DNA of 35,823 nt from Fimbriimonadales bacterium (lineage in GTDB: Bacteria > Armatimonadota > Fimbriimonadia > Fimbriimonadales > ATM1): NCBI GenBank assembly GCA_051003155.1, contig JBPCLO010000007.1, positions 1 through 35,823 on the forward strand. The letters are read 5' to 3'. The position numbers and the translations under genes are program-made. The notes beneath the pieces were generated by a model. The model saw only the letters and a list, made by a program, of their open reading frames with translations, was not told the DNA's origin and did not search any database. This document shows positions 27,801 through 35,146 of the stretch, piece after piece. The stretch's first letter is position 1. Each line of letters opens with the position of its first letter.

Positions 27801-30800
27801 AACAAGGGCTTTGCCGTGATAGGCATTCCGCTCAACTATACGGGGCCCAACTTTATCACGCCAGGCGATCTGCTGCAAGTGGACGTCCAAGTGGTCGAAG
27901 GCGGCAGGATCATCGACCCGCCTATCTTGCCACGTGACATGACAGTGGCGAACCCGCTGGCGGTGACCACGATGCCGAGCTATCGAGGCGTTCCGGCTGC
28001 TAACAAATCGATCGGCTGGAGCCCCGATCCGAGCTTCCAGTTCGGCGGACTCTTCGAGAACCGGATCAACGGCAGCAACGACAAAGCCATCCTCAGCACG
28101 ATCGGGCAAATTACGCATGGTTCAAGCGGGAACATCGACTTCTGGGTAGCCGACCGGAGTCGCGTGGTCGACATGACGTCGACCGGTCTCACCGCAGTAC
28201 GGGCGGCGAGAACGGATGCTTACTGGCAAGGCGGAACCGGCGCGGTGGTGAAACCCCTGCCTTACATTCCGGCCTGGGAACAGATGCCGTTTTCGCAGCC
28301 TAACCTCAGTTTGGATTACCCCGATATCGATCGTTCGCAGCTCAGTTACGTCTCCGATCCTAACGGAAACGCGGCCAACCCGATCATCAGTGCGACCCGA
28401 TTGGAGGCGCCGTCGAATTACGATCCGAATACTCCGCTGACGCGAATCCTGGAAGGAGTTAGATACGCCTTCGAAATGCAGTCGCCCCGCTTCCAGCCTG
28501 CGAACCTGACACTATTCGCGGATACCTCGGGCGCCAGGTTGGACGCCGGATACCGAGCCAAAACGATCATCTACGTCGATAGCAACGGGAATGGCCGACC
28601 CGACGGGCAGGAACTGACATTGACGGACCTGCCGCCGGGCGCTCGCCGCGAGCCTTATCGAAGCCTGAACACGGGCGGCTCTGTTACCGTCGACGAGAAA
28701 ATGCACATCGACGAACCGACGGTCGATCTGGGTTCGCTGCCTCACAGCCTCGGGTACACGCCGATGCAGCCGTGGCTCAACAACGGCTTTGTGCCCGATA
28801 TCTCTACCGGAGCGCCCTTCAGAGACTTCTTCAAGTCGTTTACCCTGGTCAACGAGGGCAACGTGAACATGCTCGATCTGAGGGTCGCCAAGCGGGTAGG
28901 ACAGGAGCCCGGCCCGAACTATTATTCGGTGGCCTTCACGTCGGACGCAAACGATCCCTTGTCCTGGCTCGACGGAGTTCCGAATATTATCTCCAACTTG
29001 AACCCGCCATATGCCCCGAACAACGGTGCCCTGGACCCGAACGGAAACCCACGCGTGACCCTTCACAAGGCTCGCCCAGGCGATAGGGCGGGGACGCTGC
29101 TTACGGTTCCCGACTTCCCGTACGGAATTACGCCGCCTGCGAACACACTGCCGTTGATCGGCGTCGGGGTCCCGCTCGGATTCCCGGTGGGCGACTACAG
29201 CCAACTCATCAACGTCGTGGAGGACACACGTAACTTCGACCAGGCTCTATCGCTGAGCTCGAACGGCACCGCTCTCGAAGCGTACACGGAGCCGACGATG
29301 AGGGTGAAGTTCCTCAACCGTGAATCGAGGTTGACGGGAGGGCGTACGTCCGGCACGGCTGTCCATGTCGACGAGAATCTCCCTGCTCAGTCGAACTTCG
29401 CCTATACGAACACCCAGCCGTCCGGCTTCCGCGATCCGGGTGGAAACCTTCACATGGTTTGGTCGGCGAACCGGCCCGGCCCCGCCAATATTGCAGCCGG
29501 CCCGCAAGCTCGCGACAATTGGACGCTGTTCTTCTCGAGGCTCGGCGGATCGTTGCAGACCGGCGCTCCCGGGCCCGCAGGCAGCAGTCCCCTTCGCGAT
29601 CTGATGGGTTGGACCGCCTTTTCGAACTCGCGCTTCTGGACTACTCCGAACGGCCCTCGGCCGGCAGAGGGCCCGAACGCGCTGTTCGCCGGAACACCCG
29701 GCGCGATTGTCGGCAATCCGCAGCACACGTGGCCGTCGTTCCCGGTTAACGCGAGGGCCGCCGGATCGATCAATGCCATGGAGCACGTCTTCTGGAACGG
29801 CAAGGCGCTCAAAGACGACAACGGCGACGGAGTGCCGGACTATGAAGACAACCGCATCTTCTACGCACGCTACAACGTTGGCACCAGCAACGTCGAAGCG
29901 ACTCAGTGGATGAACTACGACCCTCAGCTGGAGAAAAAGCGGATAAGAGCGCTCAACTTTGGCGACCCGAATGCGTTGGCAGTGTTCTGGTACGGCGAAA
30001 CGGGCGGGGCTTCGAAGATGTTCCACAACGTCAGAATGGCCAACAGCTCGTCGCCCGGCGATCAAACTGCCAACTGGTCGAACAACCGGTTGATCGATCC
30101 CGGTCTGGGTTTTGCTTCCGCGAAGGACCCGCAGCCGATCTTGCGTGTCGGCGGCATCGACATCGTGTTCACCGGCCAGCTCAAGGATCGGCCGCAGCCG
30201 GAGATCTTCTACGCGAAGTTTTCGGCCAACCGGTTCGGCCAACTGGGCCGGATACTCGATATGCCGGAGCGAAATCGTGAGGCCTTGGTTCGTGACGGTT
30301 CGAGCAACACCTATCGCGCCCGGGGCGTGAGCTGGGATATCCGCGACCCGCTCGAAGTTTGGATCCGAAGACCCAATCAGGCGCCTGTAGCGATCCTCGT
30401 AGCCAACACGCGCCTAGTGGACGAAAATACCGAAATCGTCACTTACGATAGCGAACTCGGCGGCAAGGTCTACCTCGACCCGCACGTGGGCACCGTTCGA
30501 ATGACCACGGCCGTTGGAAGCGACGTGCAAGTCGAACTGAGATACACACCGCGAGTGATTCGCGTGAGCGAATTGGGCAATGCGGGCGGCCACAGCAACC
30601 CGACCTCGTTCTTCGATGAGCGGCCTCAGTGGGACCGCCAGTTCTACTTTAACGCGAACGGCAGCGCCATCGGCTCGGGCGATACCCCATTGGCAACGCG
30701 CCTCTGGCACATCTACGAGCGCGGCGCGACCGGTCCCGGCCAGACCAAGCGGCCTTATATGAAGACACAACGACTGGCCATCCTCCTCAACCACCCAGTC

Positions 30801-31202
30801 GGCCTCCAGAGCGGAAACCTTGCCGCCCCAGTCACCGTGACGGGGATGCTGGGCCGGTACTACCAGGTGGATCCGGGCAACGGCCGCGTCTATTTCGAGT
30901 CCGAGGACGAAAACCGGCAGGTGACCGTCGCTTACAGCTGGCGAAACGCGCTCGGCGGGCTCCAGCGGGATACGGTTACTGGGTACGTCACATGGCAGAC
31001 CGAGTCTGCTGAAAAACCGGTTCCAATCGAGCAGGCCATCGACGAAGGCACGGTATTTGCTTTCGCCGACCCGTTCGTTTGGCGAAACAACGATCCTCGT
31101 GCAGGGCTGGTGTGGATGTTCTACACCAGCACTCGCTCCGGCACTCGCGACGTTTACTACCAGACGCTGTCGCCGCGGCTATCACCGATTCGGACTCCGT
31201 AG
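24816..31202 (+). CDS. Very large secreted PQQ-type beta-propeller protein with two golvesin/Xly-like modules (~2125 aa)
   Basis: Signal MKKWISGLLLVGLCAAGHA (ATG 24816 or 24834); DWSTFRG..RTG propeller start; many blades (AAEDGRIYCLDA, AAQNGRIYAIDA, GGTEGRLFALDA, PSFDGRVYARD, VNDNGRIYAV, AGEDGFLYAF); two modules ending ADAVRAV / ADAIAFV; two Dx[DN]x[DN]GxxD loops. Confidence 0.85.
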   Translation: MKSVTSMKKWISGLLLVGLCAAGHAQIDWSTFRGVNTRTGVNANPIGPNPQNPTLRWYFPLQSTQGIFQNSTGRPDIIVDNVDPGYADIPGDAWRTPLPNEESPDFFASTPGSLSNPYRVANVVASTSGTGDPTSGQTASATWTIAGQTDKLYLVQVWFPSSGTFNGTMLTPNSEFAVYKIQYGDTGGTFREFVDIVPHVGGGSWVRLGNKLGQDKRVFRAGDSGQIRVTLYNTVPRDENDVLMGPVPGRIVAADAVRAVPSPGQIFGSPVVAQLDPLAAEVAAYVPRLESAVDPTDPTGSLEISAAKLYALDAKGPNIGNERWSWSPNFLTNVSLIFDNNGPNFNADAAWTTSTTSPGFFGSDYMSAPVAPMGSGGRAAWTPNLVNDGFYDVYAWFPRSGNGELHARGAHYVITENGVQVDAFVNQDTQGGNWVRIGGRSFENNVLQGGLSVEVFGESDNLGDTGRVVCADAIAFVKDYSAALFSTPAVATINLRLSGGTLAPTLCTFVAAEDGRIYCLDARGNGAGSTTVYWAYPSLPDTNDPNWVDPNDPIDGPPGNRIPWPSSFGVSSPVVQNVGGKDLVFIAAQNGRIYAIDATGRGDYAPNRPGTAAREWTWPRATYNQSTNTLNVDPARLPFVASVAFDPTGSQILAGGTEGRLFALDAGGNGDRTTDENWMYPLLTDPVIGAISSTPTVGGAKVVFPSFDGRVYARDLTGGNTGNWEFPAVGQTALQPFEFTSAAYVPAAELGTPTDLVYFVNDNGRIYAVQGTDGVVSWEANEAPGGASSSPSFGHITPPGTTLANTPVITFGSKRGEFLGFYARPGTGPGNQNIAGGKLAWGYMSAGTSVFASPAVSYTTDGIRGYLFHAGEDGFLYAFSEGGLLTVDPGFINPPGGQIGTPDDPGSGDYINLKLKLISKANHDSLRQTPPVGDPAAMPDIYAGAPVLEFGERIYLLAYDFPLNAPVPLIRFRLTGPGGLSLQYDRPAQPDPTDPNKGFAVIGIPLNYTGPNFITPGDLLQVDVQVVEGGRIIDPPILPRDMTVANPLAVTTMPSYRGVPAANKSIGWSPDPSFQFGGLFENRINGSNDKAILSTIGQITHGSSGNIDFWVADRSRVVDMTSTGLTAVRAARTDAYWQGGTGAVVKPLPYIPAWEQMPFSQPNLSLDYPDIDRSQLSYVSDPNGNAANPIISATRLEAPSNYDPNTPLTRILEGVRYAFEMQSPRFQPANLTLFADTSGARLDAGYRAKTIIYVDSNGNGRPDGQELTLTDLPPGARREPYRSLNTGGSVTVDEKMHIDEPTVDLGSLPHSLGYTPMQPWLNNGFVPDISTGAPFRDFFKSFTLVNEGNVNMLDLRVAKRVGQEPGPNYYSVAFTSDANDPLSWLDGVPNIISNLNPPYAPNNGALDPNGNPRVTLHKARPGDRAGTLLTVPDFPYGITPPANTLPLIGVGVPLGFPVGDYSQLINVVEDTRNFDQALSLSSNGTALEAYTEPTMRVKFLNRESRLTGGRTSGTAVHVDENLPAQSNFAYTNTQPSGFRDPGGNLHMVWSANRPGPANIAAGPQARDNWTLFFSRLGGSLQTGAPGPAGSSPLRDLMGWTAFSNSRFWTTPNGPRPAEGPNALFAGTPGAIVGNPQHTWPSFPVNARAAGSINAMEHVFWNGKALKDDNGDGVPDYEDNRIFYARYNVGTSNVEATQWMNYDPQLEKKRIRALNFGDPNALAVFWYGETGGASKMFHNVRMANSSSPGDQTANWSNNRLIDPGLGFASAKDPQPILRVGGIDIVFTGQLKDRPQPEIFYAKFSANRFGQLGRILDMPERNREALVRDGSSNTYRARGVSWDIRDPLEVWIRRPNQAPVAILVANTRLVDENTEIVTYDSELGGKVYLDPHVGTVRMTTAVGSDVQVELRYTPRVIRVSELGNAGGHSNPTSFFDERPQWDRQFYFNANGSAIGSGDTPLATRLWHIYERGATGPGQTKRPYMKTQRLAILLNHPVGLQSGNLAAPVTVTGMLGRYYQVDPGNGRVYFESEDENRQVTVAYSWRNALGGLQRDTVTGYVTWQTESAEKPVPIEQAIDEGTVFAFADPFVWRNNDPRAGLVWMFYTSTRSGTRDVYYQTLSPRLSPIRTP

Positions 31203-31208
31203 TCCGAA
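31189..31208 (+). other. Short hairpin over the stop codon of the ~2125-aa gene
   Basis: TTCGGACT-ccgt-AGTCCGAA, an 8-bp perfect stem. No U-tract, so not called a terminator. Confidence 0.35.
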
Positions 31209-31399
31209 GACGAACCCAGGTTGGTACTCCGTTTTCCGGAGAGGGCGGAGTTCCCAGCCGCATTTCCAGAGAGCGGCAAGATGGATGATGGATTGGCCGC
31301 ATGTATGTAACCATGAGAATGGGGTCATGAGAAATGACGCTCGACTGAACTAATAAACACCGTTCTCTCGTCATGTTCGCAAGCGATTTTAACCGACGC

Positions 31400-31429
31400 T
31401 TGACAGTTCGCACAAACTAAGGCTATGAT
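31400..31429 (+). promoter_or_regulatory. Sigma70-type promoter for pilMNOPQ
   Basis: TTGACA (31400-31405), 18-nt spacer, TATGAT (31424-31429); RBS GGAGGA 31450-31455 before ATG 31459. Confidence 0.7.
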
Positions 31430-31458
31430 GAACGGTTCTATCTCGGATTGGAGGACGC

Positions 31459-32670
31459 ATGGCTAAACGGCTCACACAAGCTTTGGGTGTAGATATCGGT
31501 ACCCAGAGCATCAAAGTCGCCGGAGTTCGCCTTGGCAAAGACGGCCCAGTGGTGACCGGATTGGCGAAAGGCCCCACTCCCGACAACGCAATCGACCATA
31601 CCGGCATCTATGACCCGACGGCGCTCGGCGGCGCTCTGCATACCTTGCTCGCACAGGCCGGGATGCTCGGGCTCAAGGATGTGATTTTTAGCATCGCCGG
31701 ACAGTCGTCAGTTGTTGTGCGGAATCTCGAAGTCCCCCGGATGAGCGACAAAGAGCTCTCGGACCATATGCAGTGGGAAATTCAGCGCAACATTCCGTTC
31801 GCCGAAAGCACGGTGATCAGCGACTTTCGCCCCGTGGAGAATCTTGCCCTTGAAAACACGCAGAACATGGAAGTGGTGATGGCCGTCTCGCCGCAGAGCG
31901 CCATCGGCACGATCCTCGAACTGCTCAAGGCCGCCGGTTGTAGGGCCGCTGCAATCGACGTGGAGCCGCTCGCGCTTGGTAGAGTCCTACGAAGCTGCCA
32001 TCCGGCCGATCTCGGCATGAAGAAAGTTTGCCTAGTCAACTACGGCCACAACACCGCCTCCATAAACATGTATCGAGAGAGCGTTTTAGCCTTCCCGCGC
32101 TCTGTCCCCACGGGTGGGGCTGCGCTGACCAAGGCCATCGCGGATTCATCCGGCCTCACGTCGGAAGAAGCCGAGGCGCGAAAGACCTCCGCTATAATTA
32201 CTGGGGATCCAGGCGGCGACGACGGATCGACGGGCACCTATCAGCCTTACAACCCGTTCACTGAAACAGCGGCCGAGACGGCTGCTGATACGGACCTGGT
32301 CGAACCTGCCGAGATCGCGGCGGAGGTCGAGCCCGAGCCCGTAGTTGCGCCGATCATAACCGCGGATTCCGGAGACACTTCGCTTTTTGACTCGTTCCGG
32401 CCCCAGATCGACGAATTCGTGGCCGAATTGCGACGTTCGATCGACTACTACCGGAGCCGTGGTGGAGATATCGATCAGATCGCCCTTTCCGGCGGCGGCG
32501 CTGGTCTCAAAGGACTTGGCCCGTACATCAGCAGTTCGCTGGACACGCCGGTGTCCGTTGTCAATCCATTGCAAGGGATCGGAGTGGATCTGCCTGAAAC
32601 CTACTCGGTCGAACGAGCATCTGAATTTGCAGTCGCCGTGGGGATGGGACTCCACATCGCCTACGACTAA
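31459..32670 (+). CDS. pilM: Type IV pilus assembly protein PilM (actin-like)
   Basis: LGVDIGTQSIK phosphate-1 motif, WEIQRNIPF, IDVEPLAL, ELRRSIDYY, LSGGGAGLKGL, FAVAVGMGL. Confidence 0.95.
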   Translation: MAKRLTQALGVDIGTQSIKVAGVRLGKDGPVVTGLAKGPTPDNAIDHTGIYDPTALGGALHTLLAQAGMLGLKDVIFSIAGQSSVVVRNLEVPRMSDKELSDHMQWEIQRNIPFAESTVISDFRPVENLALENTQNMEVVMAVSPQSAIGTILELLKAAGCRAAAIDVEPLALGRVLRSCHPADLGMKKVCLVNYGHNTASINMYRESVLAFPRSVPTGGAALTKAIADSSGLTSEEAEARKTSAIITGDPGGDDGSTGTYQPYNPFTETAAETAADTDLVEPAEIAAEVEPEPVVAPIITADSGDTSLFDSFRPQIDEFVAELRRSIDYYRSRGGDIDQIALSGGGAGLKGLGPYISSSLDTPVSVVNPLQGIGVDLPETYSVERASEFAVAVGMGLHIAYD

Positions 32671-32692
32671 AAACTGGAGATAACCTTAGCGA

Positions 32693-33454
32693 ATGAAGCT
32701 CAACCTTCTTCCAAAATCTGTTGCAAAGAACGTACAAAGCAAGACCGTCTTTTTGGCGATGGCCGGGCTGTTGCTCGCCACTCTCCTGGGCAGCTTTCTG
32801 TATGCGAGGAAGGTTAGCGGCGACTTGCAGTCATATATCGCCGAGGCGAACGCCAAACAGCCGCTTGCCGAACAGGTCGTCGCCACCTCCGCGAGCGCCG
32901 ATAAGATCATCGCGGACGCCAAGACCGTTCTCACAAACTCTGCTCTCGTCAAGGAGATAGACGTTGCGAACGGCAAGTACCCAAGGCTTTACAACACGCT
33001 TCGGCTTTACCTTCCGCGCTTCCTCAGGGTGCGCTCGATCAGCGCGCAGTCCGGCGGACCGACGGCTTCGGTCGTCACGATTCAGGGCTATCTCAAAACC
33101 TTCCAGCAGTACAGCGACGTCATGATCGCCCTGCTCCGCTTTCCGGGTTGCTCCGCGGTTGGCCGCAGTGGCTTCGGACCCGTGGCTCCGGGCGACCAGG
33201 GACCGTTCGGCTATAACCCTGACGCCGCGGCAAGGGGGCCCATTCCCGGTTACTCTGCGGTTACGCTGACGATGGCAATCACCTCCGGGCCGCACGCGAA
33301 TCTGCAGGCGCCAGATGCGCGGGCGACGCTTTCCGGGGCAGTAAGCGGCGCTGGAGGAACATCACAAGGTGCGCCGGGTGCTCCCCCTCCGGGAGTCGGT
33401 CCGGCGAGCAGCGCCGGCGGCGGATTGTTGGGCGGCAGGAAGATGGGGAGGTAG
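32693..33454 (+). CDS. pilN: Type IV pilus assembly protein PilN
   Basis: N-terminal LNLLP PilM-binding motif, single TM, helical segment, then LP..LRVRSI..VTIQG; follows pilM. Confidence 0.85.
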   Translation: MKLNLLPKSVAKNVQSKTVFLAMAGLLLATLLGSFLYARKVSGDLQSYIAEANAKQPLAEQVVATSASADKIIADAKTVLTNSALVKEIDVANGKYPRLYNTLRLYLPRFLRVRSISAQSGGPTASVVTIQGYLKTFQQYSDVMIALLRFPGCSAVGRSGFGPVAPGDQGPFGYNPDAAARGPIPGYSAVTLTMAITSGPHANLQAPDARATLSGAVSGAGGTSQGAPGAPPPGVGPASSAGGGLLGGRKMGR

Positions 33455-33487
33455 AAACGGTGAATCTACAGATGGAGTTTGTTCAAG

Positions 33488-34321
33488 ATGTTTAGGCTCA
33501 ACCCGATCACCTTCGTCGTAGCGGGCGTCGCCCTGATACTTACGACAATCGCAGGCTTCTATTTCTTGAAGATCAGGCCCGAACAGGAAGAGATGGGCTA
33601 CTGGATCCGCAAGAATCAAAAGCTCGACGAGATCATTTCTGAGGGAAGCAAAACCGCCGCCGTCGAACGGGTTCGAGAGGCTATGACGAAAGTCCGCGAC
33701 GCTGAATCTGCTTGGAAACTGATCGCCCAACGGCGCACACCGAGCGCGGGCCAGATCAACCTGACCCCGCAACGCTGGCAGCTAGTCGTGAACACCCGCC
33801 GCTGGCACGGCCGCGTGGAGGCCGATCTACGGAAGTGGATTCGAAGGGGCGGCGTTCGTCTCGTCTCCCCTGCCGGAGGAATCCAGGTTCCATTCCCGAC
33901 GGACATGCCGAACGAGCTCGTCCAATACTATTTCAACTATCCGGCCTTCCCGTTCCCGATCGCGATATGGGACCTCGGCGCAGTGACCGTTGCAGGGACG
34001 TATGACCAAATCATGAGCCACGTCAAATCGTGGAGCGCCATCCCGCACTATATCGCGAGCGTGCGAGGTCTTTCGCTCACGGGTAGCGGATCGCGACTTC
34101 AGGCAACCTATGGTTTGACCTTAGTCGTCTATATTAATACTCAGTTCGTATCCGGAGGTCCCGCCGAAGGCGGCAAGGTTCCGGACATGGGTTCCACGGG
34201 CGATCAAGCTCAGGGGGGCCAGAATCAGTCCGGTACGATGGCTAAGCCCGGAGCCGGCGGGGGCGGAGCCGGAGGCGCTGGAGCCGGGCCAACTCCGATT
34301 GCAATCGGAGGCGGAAGATAA
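33488..34321 (+). CDS. pilO: PilO-like protein
   Basis: Single N-terminal TM (..FYFLKIRP), helical stalk, VTVAGTYDQIMSHVKSW..IPHYIASVRGLSL matching the PilO GxY..l..F....lp motif; lies between pilN and pilP. ATG 33488 is better spaced from GGAG than TTG 33479. Confidence 0.7.
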   Translation: MFRLNPITFVVAGVALILTTIAGFYFLKIRPEQEEMGYWIRKNQKLDEIISEGSKTAAVERVREAMTKVRDAESAWKLIAQRRTPSAGQINLTPQRWQLVVNTRRWHGRVEADLRKWIRRGGVRLVSPAGGIQVPFPTDMPNELVQYYFNYPAFPFPIAIWDLGAVTVAGTYDQIMSHVKSWSAIPHYIASVRGLSLTGSGSRLQATYGLTLVVYINTQFVSGGPAEGGKVPDMGSTGDQAQGGQNQSGTMAKPGAGGGGAGGAGAGPTPIAIGGGR

Positions 34322-34324
34322 TAA

Positions 34325-35074
34325 ATGAAGAACGGAATGAAACAAGCTGTAATCGTAACGACCTTGGCGGCGTTCGGCCTAATTGCCGGAGCCGGCTGTA
34401 GGTCTCGTCAGCCCGATTACCCTGCACCCCTCGGCGACCTCACGGGCGACCTGAAGAAGGAATTCGCAGCGACCGCCCCGGCCCCGCCCTTGGCGGGAAC
34501 CGAGCGAGACCTGCGACCCTACACAAAGGAGCAGTTGATCGCCAGCGCAAACGTTCCCGTAAGAGCCCGATACAATCCGTTCGCCCTATTTCCGGAAGAG
34601 GTGACTTTCCAGAACAGCATCCGATATGACCGCATCCTGTCGAACCTTCCCAACGCGGCTAATTCGGGACTTCCGTACTCTCTGCTCGTGCCCGCGCCTG
34701 TGGAACCCCCTCCCATCGAGTTGGCCGAGCCGGAGGCGCAACCCTATCGTCGCCTCAGCGGAATCTATTTCGGCGAGACGGTGACGGCTCTTATCGAGAT
34801 GGGAGGCGGCAAGACGTACCTCGTTTCACCCGGAGACCGCGTGGGCGAGACGGAGTGGTACGTCGAAGCCATCGACGCTGAGAAGGTTACGCTCGTGCGC
34901 TCCGGAAATAAGGATCCGCGAAGAATTTTCGTCCGTCTCGAATCCAGGCCGTTCTTCACACCTGAGCCGGGCGGCGGTGGCCAAGGCGGTGGCGTTGGCA
35001 CCGGCGGCAGCCGTGGCGGCGGCGGTTTGAACCCGTCCGGCGGTGGTGGCCCGAGTCCTGCTGGTGGCGGCTAG
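34325..35074 (+). CDS. pilP: PilP-like lipoprotein
   Basis: Lipobox IAGAG-C, NPF motif, Pro-rich linker, then RLSGIY..ALIE..TYLVSPGDRVG..VEAIDAEKVTL (PilP/GspC-HR beta domain). Confidence 0.75.
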   Translation: MKNGMKQAVIVTTLAAFGLIAGAGCRSRQPDYPAPLGDLTGDLKKEFAATAPAPPLAGTERDLRPYTKEQLIASANVPVRARYNPFALFPEEVTFQNSIRYDRILSNLPNAANSGLPYSLLVPAPVEPPPIELAEPEAQPYRRLSGIYFGETVTALIEMGGGKTYLVSPGDRVGETEWYVEAIDAEKVTLVRSGNKDPRRIFVRLESRPFFTPEPGGGGQGGGVGTGGSRGGGGLNPSGGGGPSPAGGG

Positions 35075-35146
35075 GCCTCACTCGATTTTATAATGGTCGA
35101 AACTATGACAAGATTTCATCGTTTGATGATGATGGAGGTGACGCAA

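Noticed and set aside
20290..31202. Calling the giant proteins PQQ dehydrogenases, BamB, RHS toxins or bona fide pilY1
   Set aside because: Only generic propeller-blade motifs are visible, with no YD/RHS repeats or BamB-like size or lipobox. Orthology to PilY1 cannot be shown by eye, so no gene symbol was given.
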